A stretch of 64,000 nucleotides of DNA from Felis catus (GCF_018350175.1 NC_058368.1:53322001-53386000); one strand, 5' to 3'; numbered from the stretch's first letter, positions 1 to 14,129 are shown. The notes: a model not told the origin generated them from the sequence alone. Program-made: numbers and translations.

Positions 1-247
1 AAGATAAACAAGGTAATATGGGGTGAAAGATACCACATATTATAGGTTTTATGAGTCAAGGTAGCTTCAGGTTTTGGTGTCAAGTACTGTGATTTCTTTA
101 TCAAGTACTGTATACCCAAATTTAAATTAGAAAAGATACATTTTAAGCCAATACGTAAAAAGTTTCTGTGTTTTTAATATTTTGAGATGCCATAACCTTT
201 ATTACGAGACATAATCAGGAACTGGCACTAATTAAATGTCATAACCT

Positions 248-797
248 AGAGCAACAATGTACAAAAGAAATACTGTAAGCCACATAAGTAATTTTACATT
301 TTCTAGCAGCCACATTAAAAAGATAAAAAAACATAAAACAAAAAACACCCAACCAGTAAAGTTAATTAATACTGTATTAAACTCAGTATATCTAAAATGT
401 TATAAGCTTCAACAAAAATTATTGAGACATTTTACTTTTCTTCTTCGTATTATGTCTTTGAAATCTGGTATGTATATTTTTTTTAAAAAAATTTTTAACG
501 TTTGTTTATTTTTGAGACAGAGAGAGACAGAGCATGAACGGGGGAGGGTCAGAGAGAGGGAGACACAGAATCTGAAACAGGCTCCAGGCTCTGAGCTGTC
601 AGCACAGAGCCCGACGCGGGGCTCAAACCCACGAACCGTGAGATCATGACCTGAGCCGAAGTCGGACACTCAACCGACTGGGCCACCCAGGCGCCCCTAT
701 ATTTTATATACTTACAGCACATATCAGTTTGATCTTGGAACATTTCAAGTTCTCAAAAGTTGGTTGTAGCTATTACCTACCCCACTGGACAACACAA
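248..797 (+). mobile_element. MER33-like hAT-Charlie DNA transposon interrupted by a SINE
   Basis: Segments such as gccacataagtaattttacattttctagcagccacatt and cttacagcacat...catttcaagttctcaa resemble the MER33 consensus. Confidence 0.7.
481..697 (-). mobile_element. CAN-SINE (SINEC_Fc type)
   Basis: Reverse complement of GGGGCGCCTGGGTGG head, (CT)n and A tail; TSD tatatttt. Confidence 0.93.
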
Positions 798-1157
798 AAG
801 TAGAGGATCCCAAAAAAATTAAAGAAAGGTACATATCTCAACACTGAGAAAAAGTTTCCAATTCACTATCTGTTGACAAACTACTGTGCAGCAGCATATC
901 TGGATAAACATTCCTTATTTCTACTTCGCCGACCACCACAGTTCCTTTAAACCAATATAATCCCCAGTTCACCATTTAATGTATGCTCTTCATCCCCAAT
1001 ACACATTAATCAACTGACATACACATTATCATTTATATACATTTCAGTGTTACCCTTATCAATTTAAAGTTTCTTAAAAGTAATTATATAGTGTGAGATT
1101 AAATTTACTCAAAATTATAACATCTATATTTTGCCAAATCTAGCTTAAATATTTTAC

Positions 1158-1232
1158 CTTCTGTGTTTCAATGTGCTTTTCTAAAATTTCTTGTTTCCTT
1201 TTCCTTACATCCTGCTGAAGTTTCAGTGCCTC
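1158..1232 (-). CDS. RBM26: RBM26 exon 16 ([25 protein letters not shown]), coiled coil
   Basis: ctctag| acceptor, |GTAAAA donor, 75 nt. Confidence 0.95.
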
Positions 1233-1525
1233 CTAGAGAAAGATATCAAAATATCACTAGTATACTTACTGTTTATTGTTCTGATAAACAGATATTCCAG
1301 AGGAGACAAATGGTTGTGGATGCAGAAGCTTGGCAATAACAATTAAATGCAAAGTTTTGGTATGCAAAAGTTAACTATGTATGTAAGTTCCTAAGACCAA
1401 TCAAGAGAACCTTTTGTCCCCCTTCCCAAATTAATATTTACTGCTATACAATGAAAAATAAAAGTTCAGTGGCAGCCAACATACACTTTTCTTTTAGCTC
1501 TATTTTGTGATAACCCTTAAAAAAT

Positions 1526-1556
<31 letters not shown>

Positions 1557-4500
1557 AGCTTTCCTACATGCAAATTTTGTACACTGCTAACTGTATTTAC
1601 CTGTTTTTTTTTCTGTGCTTCATTATTATCAACTGCAGAGGTGGAAACAAGTAAGGTTTTCTGTGCAGCCTTCAAAGCAGCTGGATTATATACTGTTTTA
1701 GTTAGGCCAGTAGATGTAGACAACACCTACCAATACAAATTCAGTTTCTTAAAAAATGTACCAAGCATTCATGATTACCTATCTTGTTTTCTATAAAACT
1801 CAATTTTAAAACACTTTTGTCAAAATTCAGTACATTGAAATAAATGTATTATATACATATAATAACTAAAGCACATTTAGTGATTTGAAAGGAAGGGTAT
1901 GAATGAGGCTTAAACTATAAAATAAAAAAATTAACAAAATATACCTATAGAAAAAAAAGAACATACAAAAACTTCAAATCAAGAAAAAAACACTGACGTG
2001 ATATAGTCACAAAGCCCTAATCATTTATTTCTTCTACCCAGATCCTTCCATGAAATTTTATTCCTACAGTTACTCAAATATTTAATAAAAATCATCTGAT
2101 GATATATTAATTTATGTGTCTCTCTCCCTGTCTACAAAACCATGTTTTTCTCCTCTTTGTGCTTTTTCTAGTACCTAAACCTTATTACCAATAATTATGA
2201 GACCCTGGTTAACTTTAGGCACTTTTTTGGGGCCTCAGCTTGTTCATCTCTAAAATGAGAATGTTTAAGTTGATGGCATCTATCCTTACAAATTCAAAAA
2301 TTCATTCCATGAAGGTAGGGATGTTTGGCTTGGTTTATCACTCTATCTTCAGTGCCTAAAACAGTGCCAGGGCACGTAGTCAATACTCAATGAACACTTT
2401 TGCACCAAATTAAACTGAAATGATGATAGATCAGGAAGGACAATCTTTTCTACACAAGGGTCAACTCAAGAAAATAAACTGTACAGGCTACCTTTTTTAT
2501 CCTTCAAAAGCAAAAAGTTGTAGGTTCAATGGAGTGGTTAGTTACTGGTTCTTAGGAGTTTAGAGATCCCTTAAGGGAAATCCATGAATGTTATAAAAAC
2601 TAAACATGGAACCATATGTGTGAACAGTGTAACTTTCCAGAGGAAAAGAAGTTTCCAAAGAGTTATGGGAGTTCATGACCTAAAAGAGGTTAAAGGAACT
2701 ACACAAACAAGATTATCAATGAGAAAAAGAGCCCACCGTTTTAGCTAGTAAAATGTAAACATCCAGGTCTATTAGAGAAGTAACAAGCAGACACTATTTT
2801 CTAATCATCTATCATACAGTTAGATTAGGGAACATCACAAAGAATAGGCAATTCATCACTGTTCTAAATATTCAAGAATGTTTTAGCCTCCGTGTGAAAC
2901 AGAAATCTAGAATACTGTTGGGGTGCCTGGGTGGCTCAGTGACCAACTCCTGATTTTGGCTCACGTCATGATCTCACAGTTATGAGTTTGAGCCCTGCAT
3001 CGGACTCTGCAGGCAGTGTGGAGCCTGCTTGGGGTTCTCTCTCTCCCCCTTTCTCTCTCTGCCCCCATACCTTGTTCTCTCCACCCCCCCCCCCAAAATA
3101 AATAAACTTAAAAAAAAAAAAAAAGCTTAGAATACTATTATACTGGTTGCATGCAAGGCAGACGATGTTTAAAAATAAAAGTTCTTTATAATACTTGACA
3201 TATATCAAATCTGGTAGTTTTCTTATATAATGAAAAGTAATACCCTGACATCACTAACAAATAATGAAATTGTTGCATTCAGTAAAATATGGAGTAAATC
3301 TAGAGTTACTTTGCAGTCTGACTTCAGTCACTGTTCTCTGTAACACTAGAGGCAAATTTCTTCCATGCTACCTTACCATACTACACAATGTTAAACTGCA
3401 GGATTGTACAAGGATTAGACAGTAACTTCATAAAGAGAGAAACACAACATTATATGCTAAAGACAGAGTTTGAGTGTCTCCTAAACTTTTCTTCACGAGG
3501 GTTCCAAGACAAGTTGAAAAATTGTGACCAAAAAGATTTCTGTACTCAAATAAGTTGGAAGTAACGAATATCATAACCCTATCTTCTAGTTTCAAAATGT
3601 CTATTACCACAAAAGTTGTGAGAGAGCCTGAAGTAAAGAAACCCATGTAATGCAATCTGTTTAATTCAGCATTCCTTAATTTCAGTATACTCCTTTTTCA
3701 AAGTATACGTATTAACTAATATCAGGCTAAGTAAGAAGTGGTGATTCAAAGTAAATAAAAGTATAGGACAAGCCTCCTTTAAAAGTATCCCACTTCCTTG
3801 TTTTATCTAGAAACTTCCCTCTGTACAAACAGGACATCAGCTAACATATTTCATTGAGCTCAAGACATCACTATGAAACACATTATGATAATAAACTGCT
3901 ATTAAAGATGAAAAGGGTGCCAATTATAACCATGAGCACCAATACCGTAAGATATTCAAGTGTTAAAAAGTGAAAGCAAGATGTCTTAGAAACAATGAAC
4001 TATATGAATCCAAATACTGCTCAGTATTCGAATCTATTTGATTCCAGAGTTTAGAAAATAAGAGTATGAATAGCAAGGGACATCTGTATTTTCAAAAGAA
4101 CAGAGTTGTGGTAAAAGAGAAGAAAATCTGTTAAAAATGAAACCAGTGGAATGAAGTAACAAATCCAACAGAAAAGAAGATGCTGCAATTCCGAAGAACA
4201 AAGTCAAAGCATAGGCTGTGGCCTTTCAAACAACCACACTGTCTCTATTTTCCAAATAAGTTTCTTCATGTGCTATATTTTTATATATTGACCTTACTGC
4301 ATTCACCTGTGAATTCCAAAGATTTGTAAATTCTTTTGGATTTTTCACATATACTATCATGTCATCTGTGAGTAAATATAATTTTGTTTCTTCTTTTTTT
4401 TTTTTTTATTTTTTTTTTCAACATTTATTTATTTTTGGGACAGAGAGAGACAGAGCATGAACGGGGGAGGAGCAGAGAGAGAGGGAGACACAGAATCGGA

Positions 4501-7500
4501 AACAGGCTCCAGGCTCTGAGCCATCAGCCCAGAGCCCAACGCGGGGCTCGAACTCACGGACCGCGAGATCGTGACCTGGCTGAAGTCGGACGCTTAACCG
4601 ACTGCGCCACCCAGGCGCCCCATCTTCTTTTGCCACCTTTATACTGTTTATTTCATTTTCTTGCCTTACTGAACTGGTTAGGCCCCACCCTACTGAATAA
4701 AGTGGAGAATGGATATCCTTTCTCGTTCCTGATCTCAAGAGGAAAAGTATCCAATAATTCACCATTCAGTATGTTAGTAGATAAAATTAAGGAAGTTTCC
4801 TTCTATTCCTACTTTGCACATTGTTTATTATGACTAATAAATTTTATCATATGCTTTTTCTACTGAAATAATCATAAGAGGTTCTTCCCACCCTTCTCCC
4901 CCTTAGGTGAATTAAACCAATTTTCAAATATTAATTCAAACTTGCATTTCTGGAATAAATCCTACCTGGCCAGGATGTATTATCTTTTTTCATATCACTA
5001 AACATTTGGTAATATTTAGCTTAGGATTTTTATGTCTACATTCATGAGCTATTGGCTTGTAATTTTCCTTCCTTGTAATATACTTGTCAGGGTTGGTGTC
5101 AAAGGTCTGTTGAATTCAAAAGGTGAGCTGAAAAGTATATGCTTCGTTATTAAAATGTACATCACTCATACCTCTTACTTCAAGACAAAAAACAATTCCC
5201 TAATAAGAAAGAAGTTGAAATCCATTAATACCTCTTTATCTTATTTCCAATGTAAAATATTACCAGCCATAACTACCATTAGTACTTGTAAAGAAAGAGA
5301 AAAACAGATTTTTCTCATGGATAAGAGTGGAAGGGAAAAAAAAAGTGTTTTGTAAAAATTACTAAAAATAGAAGACTTATATATTAAAGTCATCAGTGTC
5401 ATTTTTTTAATAATTAATGTCCAAGTTGGAATCAAATATAAAAGGAACAGTTACTATGGTTCACTGTGACAATCAAACTAAGCTAGCTCTAATAGGTTTC
5501 TACAGCAGAAATGCCTTGTTTAAATGTAATAAAAAGAGAATATGTGAGGAGTTATGTGTATATAGCTTATTAATACAATTATTATATGGTCAACTTTTAT
5601 TATAAGTAAATTATTTTAACAAATCTAAACATTAATATGATATTCTCATAAGGCAGCAAACTGATGTGTTTTTTTCTATAGCAAAAACCAACCTTAATTG
5701 GGAATTCTAACGAGAATAGCATTTTACTTTAAAGTTACATTTATAAGGGGCGCCTGGATGGCTCAGTTGGTTGAGCGTCCGACTTCGGCTCAGGTCATGA
5801 TCTCATGATTCGTGGGTTCAAGCCCCGGGTCAGGTCTGTACTGACAGCTCGGAGCCTGTGGCCTGCTTCAGATTCTGTGTCTCCCTCTCTCTTTGCCCCT
5901 CCCCTGAACACACTCTGTCTCCCTCTCTCAAAAATAAACATCAAAAAAATACTTAAAAAATAAAGTTACATTTATAAAATATTTTCAGGGATTAACAAGT
6001 TTTTTCCCCCAAGAATATAAGCAGCTTAAGAGACAAAGGGAATAAAGAGCTTACAAAAAACATTTTAATGTCAAAGAAAAAAATGTGTAGTCAGTAATCA
6101 ATTGCTGCTGCAACAGCTTGATTTCCAAAAAATCTAGCATAGCAAATAATTTTATAGAAATCATATTTCTCCATAAGAAAAATAATCGTAATAATTCTAA
6201 CTAAATAATCTAGGTAATAATCCTGAGAGAGGTTAATGCATTAAAAAAAAAAAAAAATCAGGGGCACCTGGGTGGCTCAGTCGGTTAAGTGTCCGACTTC
6301 AGCTCAGGTCATGGTCCCACGATTCATGGGTTCAAGCCCCTCGTCGGGCTCTGTGCTGACAGCTCAGAGCCTGGAGCCTACTTCTGATTCTGTGTCTCTC
6401 TCTGCCATTCCCCTGCTCACTCTCTGTCTCTCAAAGGTGAATAAATGTTAAAAATTTAAAAAAAAAAATCAAAAGTAGGAAATGATCATACATTCCCTTA
6501 ACCTTTATATTTACAACAGCAAAATTATACAACAAATGCAAATTAAAAAAATCAAAGGGTCACTTAGATGACTGCATTTTATAGCTCATGAAACAGAGGG
6601 TAAGACTTGTGCAGGATCATACAGACTGTCAGCTGCTAACTAAACAGCTGAAGTCTCCAAAAGACATGCAATGTTCCTTCAGAATACCACACAATTTCCC
6701 TTTCAAAGGTTCCATAGTACATATGTTAACATGTCATAACACAGAGACCAAGATATATTTTCAGATTGCAACAACAACAACAACAAAAAAGTACTGCTAA
6801 GGAACAACAACATCCTGTATCACAAAAGTCTGATACACCTAAAACTGGTCTGACATACAAACATTAAATATTCAAGTGATTAATCACTTGCTTCTTAGTC
6901 TTTAGAAGAGCTTTGGGAGATAATCTGGACAGTCTAAGAAGTCTTTTTTCTAGACTAACCAGGATGGTATACACACAAGCGCCACCTTATTCTTGATAAA
7001 TTGCTCTATCTCTTGACAGGTACTCAAACATCATTTCACTGATCACTCTTTCCAAATAATACCTATTTAACAGCTACTGCAATACCTTAAGATTTAACAG
7101 TTATCAATTAGGTTTTAAGTTTCCTCTCTCAACCCTCTCACAAAAATGGAATTCTAGAATAATCACTCAAGGGTTTACTCAGTGTTGTTCATAGAAAGGG
7201 GAAAATCTGTCTATACGTGTACTTCTTTGGTTTAATAACGACAGAAATACTGTATAAATACTAGCTTTGAGTACTACCCAGCCTTCAATTAAGAAGAATA
7301 AAAAAAGAATTTAAACAATATTTGATGACGGGAAACATTCTTCTAACCTTCCTAAGACTTCTCTGAAATACTAACCTCTAAGGATTCTTCAGAGAAAACC
7401 CCTATAGACTTGGGGAACAGGAACAACCAAGAATAAGCAAAAACAAAACGATATTCTATAAACAGGCTCCCTGAAGATGACTGAAAGTTACACATTTGTA

Positions 7501-10500
7501 CATTATGGCTTTCCTCAAAAGAGTCTTTACAGTATTTCCTAAGTAATTCTTTTTCACAAACAGCCCACTACCATTAGTGATTTTTCACAAATTTAGTTTT
7601 TGGTATCTATATTAGTAAATGTATACTATTGATTCCAAGTTTATATCCCTTTTATCCTAAAGCTATACAAAACACATTTAAAAAAACAAAAGCAGATGCA
7701 AACATACCAGAAAGATTCTGTAAAACCTATAATAAGTACACATCAACTTCAGAGTTGAAATCTTAACATAAACAGATGTTAAGCATAAGGTTTTTAGGCC
7801 TCTCCAGAATTGCTCAGTACTACACAAAGTATAACAGACTTTATTTTCTTTATTCCTTAGTTACTTATTATCAAGGAAAATAAACCTAATCAAACTAAAT
7901 ATTTAGATACAGCTAAATTCAGTACAATAGATTAATACATGGACAAATTCACAGAAATAAGGAGGCATGATACGGAAAAAAATTGAAGATTTCATAGAAT
8001 AAAGAGATTTTCAATCTTTAAAAGAATGATTTGAATCCACTTAAGAGGAAAATGCAATCCAGGAAAATCACCACCAAAAAAAGGAAAAAAAGGCAGGCAA
8101 GACTGAGAAACAATGAGCAGAAAAGGGAGCATTAAGGTAGAAAGGAAGGACTAGAGCAGAGGTAACTGCGCCAGAATAACTGAGGTCTGATGAACTATAA
8201 ATCAAGCAGTTATTTAGCCGGGGAAAGGAAAGTTTCTGCAAGAGTTAACACTGAAGTGAGTCTCTGAGCAGGATGGTGGTAGTAGAAAGTACAGGAGGAA
8301 CATGCAGCTAGGACACCACAGCTAAAGGCTGGAAACTGAGGGTGGCAGAAAAAGAGAAGTGGGTGACAAACACAAGTGAATGACTCTTGGGCTTTTGAGA
8401 CAGTACAACTTAGAAAATGCTGATGTACGCGTCAGGCTCTGGGCTGATGGCTCAGAGCCTGGAGCCTGTTTCCGATTCTGTGTCTCCCTCTCTCTCTGCC
8501 CCTCCCCCGTTCATGCTCTGTCTCTCTCTGTCCCAAAAATAAATAAACGTTGAAAAAAAAAAAAATTAAAAAAAAAAAAAAGGGGCGCCTGGGTGGCGCA
8601 GTCGGTTAAGCGTCCGACTTCAGCCAGGTCACGATCTCGCGGTCCATGAGTTCGAGCCCCGCGTCAGGCTCTGGGCTGATGGCTCAGAGCCTGGAGCCTG
8701 TTTCCGATTCTGTGTCTCCCTCTCTCTCTGCCCCTCCCCCGTTCATGCTCTGTCTCTCTTTGTCCCAAAAATAAATAAACGTTGAAAAAAAAAAATTTTT
8801 AGAAAATGCTGATGTAACTTCCACAGGTTGGGGTACCAGAAATTCATTTATGTGGGAAATGGTCATTTCAGGCACATCATGCCTGAAGTATTGCTGAGGT
8901 GCCCAAGATGAAAATCGGATATACAGAATTAGATTCAGATTCAAATTTCTACAATTGCCTTAGTTTAACATGGTAAATAAGGAAAAGAATACACTGAGAA
9001 CCAGTGGAGAAAGAAAGTCAGCCATCTCATGGGATGCTGGTCTATGGACACCTGAAGTCAACTTCCTACATAATCTTAATAATGGAAAGAGCCACGGATG
9101 TGAAATAGGAGACCCACATTCCAGTCCTGCCTCAAAATTCCTCATGTATCTATCTGAGCCTTACCTTCCTTTTAAGGTGAGGACATAGAAATGAGAAAGA
9201 CTACCTAATTCTATTCTATAATTCCACATACCTCAAATAAGACTAAAGAACAAAAGCATTCACTCATACCTAAATAGAAAAAAAAAAAAACAATAACAAC
9301 ACATCTACACCGAACTGTTAGGTACATAAATAGTCTTAATTTAATCAGTGTTTATATCCTCATTTAAAAAAAGAAATGACAAACTGTCAGGCTATGCACA
9401 ATAGCTGTTAGTAATAAATAAAAAACTTGCATTTACATCATCCTGTCCAGTTAAATACTTTTAAATCAATCATTTATTTAATCCTCACAAACCCCATGAG
9501 CAAGACAAATATTACAATCATCATTTTACCAATGAGGAAGAAGAATCAGAAAGGTTAGGAGCACTGCCCAATCTCATGCTGTTAGTATGTGAAGAGCCAG
9601 AAACTCAAACTCAGGTAAATTCCTACTTTGTGGCCTTTTCTATTAGGCTGCCAGAGTTTTCAAATCAAAATGCACAGTATCTCTAAAGAAAATATAGTAA
9701 ATAAAAAGAAAAAACAAAAAGAAGGAAGCACATGGACACATACTGAAAGGCAGATATTAAAATGCTAATGCAAAAAGTAAACAAAGGCGGGCAAATAGTT
9801 TTCTTTTTCAGCAAATGAAAAGCAAAAGGGTAGGAGTAAGAGGTACAGATACTATTAAGAAGCAAGAGTTTGGAACTATGAAAAAAATTAAAAACTTAAG
9901 ATGCCACCTGAAAACATTTATGAAGCCAAGACAAACACATCATGCTATTCTTCTTACCTTTTCAGTTGCTGAAACAGATGGCTTTGATACAAAACCCAAC
10001 CTGTCCTTCACAGATAATTTAGTTACATTCTAAAAAAATTAAAATGGACATATTCAGTGTTGCCCCAAACATATAGGTCTGTTGGGATTTTGAACATTAT
10101 GATTCTACTAATTTATACTGACTCTTTTAAGTATTTTGATGTTAATGACAAAAACTTGGGCCATTTTCAAAGTGACAGAAAGAGAATGTGTATGGAAAAA
10201 CAAACAGTATGCAGTATTACGCAATCATAAAAAATGATGCAGTAAGGTACTTACTAAAAGCCCCCTCCATCAATACAGAATCATAAATTCTTAGAATCCT
10301 ATGTTGACAAGTAGGAAGTTTGAACATTGTAAATATTAGATGTGAGTATGAGTAATTAAAATATATGACTGCTTCTCGAGCTTAAAAGTAAATGTCATTC
10401 TTTCCTAAAGTATGTTTGGTTTGTAGCCAAATATACTGGATCTGGTGATGATTTGAGATCACAGGACTGGGCTTTTTTTTTTTTTAGTAACTAAGAATTT

Positions 10501-13500
10501 ATCAATTTCCATTCTGCATGTTTTCATAGAATCTCAATACCTCATGCTTCAGGAATTATCTAGGAACACTATTTTAAGGAAGTGGCATCCTACCAACATC
10601 CTACCTCTAAACAGCAAATGCTTAAACATCTAGAGACAAAAGAAAGCTAAGTTTCAGACGCTTAGGGTGTAGAAACAAGAAACTGCCACTCAAGTGTGGA
10701 AGGGAGGGGAAGGGAATGACATGTGGAGAAGAAAATCTGAAAGTCAGGAATAAGTGATGCAAAGTTCGGAGACTGCTGCATATATAACTGGAAACAGGAT
10801 AGTATCAAAGCATGCTTAAACTTGATGGTTTATCCCTTCCCTTCCCAGAAGCTTTTGGTTGAGTTTGGTGTACAATTTTCTCTGGAATAAAATTCTAGTT
10901 AAGTAAAAGATGACAGGAAAAATAAGATTTACTACACTGAACTTCATTTTTCAGGCAGTTTTGCTTGAAAAGTACCTCCTCCACAAAGTGAAAGAAAAAT
11001 AAGTATTAATGAGAGAGAGGAATTTAAAATTCGAATACTATAGGAAAAAGTAGAATATGAAACTGTTATGGTAATGGTAAAAAGAAAATTTACAGGTGGA
11101 ATTCAAATATGTACAGACTATGATATTTCTGTATGAAATATATACAATTAACTATAATTCAAACCACAAGGGAAACTAATTTACTGAGAACCTGCTATGT
11201 GACAGACACAATGTTAAGACTTTTCATTTACCTGAGGAAGGTCTGAACTGGCACTTTGGGCTTCTGCCGGTTCAACAGTACTTGAAGGTACTGGACCCAA
11301 CCGCTCTTTGACTGACTGCTTCACAACAGGCAAAATGGGCTGCTGGACTAAGGGCTGCATTACCTCAGAACAAGAAAAAAACATTAACCAAGAGGATTAG
11401 TTCATGAACTTGGAAAGTAACTTTTGCTAGTTTGTTATTAAACTGCCCACACAGATACAGTTTTAAAAGCACAGCTTACATTCAAAACCTGTCTTCCAAA
11501 TTCCTTCACACATACCCATAAACGCTTTTCTTTGCATAAATTATTTGTAAAGTAGGGGAAAAAATTTAAAAATCTACCCTTCGCTCTATCTTTTGTATCT
11601 TTTAAATGAAAAGGAGAAAGTTAAATTGAGAAACAAATTGCTATAAAACTCTCCTACAAGCAATTGATCTAACTTTACAGACTGATTGGCTCAATGACTG
11701 AAAAACAGAAAGAGGGAAGGAAGGAGGGAGAGAGGAAGGGAAGGATTTCCAAGATGAACACACAGTCTGAGTTTCTGGAAAATGTATAGCTGCCATATAC
11801 TGAGTGTCTACTGCCTACCAGGGACCTTTCTCTAACTTAGCATCCTATAATTGTCTAAACTAGGAATTCACTTCATAATAAAATGAGAGAACAGGTTGGA
11901 GACATTAAGTAACTTCCTTTAGTCTCTACAGCCAGCAGTGGAAGAGCCAGAATCTGAACTCAAGTCTACCTGACTGCAGTAACTCTGTTCTTAAACACTA
12001 TGCTAAGAGCTTTCTAAGGAAAGTACTGAATTTCACACAAATCTCTCTCCTACCTTTGGAGAAGTAGTTTGTAACTGCTGGGTACTTCCTTCTCTGTGCC
12101 AATAAACCTTAATAAAGCGATTGTTTAGTACTGCTTCTGTACTTGATATTGCTTTCTTTGCTTCTTCATATGTTGCAAATTGGATAAGGGCACCTTCAGG
12201 ATCCCCATTATAAGCAACCTAAGATTTAAAATATGAAGAACACTGAATTACAAATGAATCCAGTGCTTCATCCAATAAAATTCCTCAAGAGATGAGATTC
12301 TGGTCCTTCCCGGTACTATTCTTTGTTTACCCTTTCTTTAAAGCTAGATTATTTACCATGGTTTACTTTCACTCCAGAAGAAAGGTAAACTGAGGACTGT
12401 TCAGAATAGAACCAGAGCCTCCTCTACGTAATACTTTGTAAAGAACGCTCATTGCACAAATGTTATATACAAGCAATCAAAACGTTTCATTTTTTACCCC
12501 CAATATTAATACTGAGAAATAATCCCTATATCAATGAGTGATGAGGCCAAGATCCAGAGTCAGGAGAAGCCAGTAAACTACTTTGAAAGAGGTGACTCTA
12601 ACTAAAAATTACAGAAAAATCCATTTGTAAAAATTTCCATATTCGAAGCTGTCAAAAAATATTTCCAGGAGTGTGAGAAAATTTAAGGGGGGGAAGGGAT
12701 TTACATAACAATAGCAATTACACTTTACACATAAAGAAAATGAGATTCAGAGTATGTGAGTCTGCAGATCCATACAAATAACAGGTAACAGATCCAAGGC
12801 TTTTCACTTCAAATTTCTTGTTCTCTCAGTAATAGTAGTGTTTTCTAAAGTGCGGTACACAAGTCATTGGTAGTGAAGCAATACAAAATAGGGACTAAGA
12901 GCACAGACTCTAAATCAAACTGCATGACTCAAACCTTGACTGCTATGTTCATGGGAGACCATGAGCAAGTTATTTAAGCTGTGACTCTGTTTCCTCTTCA
13001 AAAATGGGATAACAATACCTCACTCTGTAGTGTTAAGAATCAAATAATAATTTATATAGAACAGAGAATATATAGTAAGTATTCAATAACTGATTTTAGG
13101 TAGCATGTTAATAATCATACATTTATTGGAATTTAAAACTTCAATTTTACCCATAGGCCTAATCAGAATAAAGTTAATTTTTAAATGATTTTTAAAAACA
13201 TGTTTTGCAAATAATAATACAGGTCGTATGCATACACAGCAAAAGGCCTAGTAAAGAGATGAGATATTAACCTCACTAGTAACTGAGGAAATGCAAACTG
13301 AAACAACAGTGAGATACCATGTTTTGCTCCTCAGCTTTGAAAAATTTCTTAAATTTAATTTTACCAGGGCAGTTAAATTGCACAAGGAAAAGAATACTCT
13401 GAAAACTTTTTGTGTCTGGATCTAAATGTGGGAGATACAATTGTATTGCTGTAAAAAGATACTCAGAGACATTCAAGATTAGATAATTACCGGGTAATAC

Positions 13501-14083
13501 ATATACCACGGGCCTATATATTTTTTATTTATTAAAAAATTTTTTTCCGAACATTTATTCATTTTTGAGAGACAAAGCATGGCACAGAGAGAGGGAGACA
13601 CAGAATCCGAAGCAGGCTCCACGCTCTGAGCTGGGGCTCAGACTCACAAAGTGTGAGATCATATATTTTTTAATATATATAAGTTTTTGATGTACTGATT
13701 GAATGATAAGTAGACACAGAAATACAAAAAATATCTAAAATAATACATGATAAACTGTTAATAATGTAATTATGGGGATATATGGTAAGGGGAACTGAGA
13801 AGGACACACAGCTGAAGGAGAAACACTTTCTTTAAATTCTATATAAATCTCTATTGCCCCATACCAAGGAAGCATTCATTTTTTTCATGTTACTTTTATA
13901 TTATTTTTTAAATGTTAAGAGGGGCGCCTGGGTGGTTCAGTTGATTAAGTGTCCAACTTCGACTCAAGTCATGATCTTGAGGTTCTTGGGTTCAAGCCCC
14001 GCACTGGGCTCTGTGCTGACAACTCAGAGCTTGGAGCCTGCTTCGGATTCTGTGTCTCCCTCACTCTGCCCCTCCTCCGCTCA

Positions 14084-14129
<46 letters not shown>

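Noticed and set aside
1229..1235. NAGNAG (TAG GAG) tandem acceptor at exon 16
   Set aside because: A distal GAG is rarely used when a TAG precedes it, and nothing else supports it
8867..8887. Perfect 8-bp stem hairpin ttcaggca-catca-tgcctgaa
   Set aside because: A stem this short is expected by chance in 64 kb, and there is no miRNA or snoRNA context
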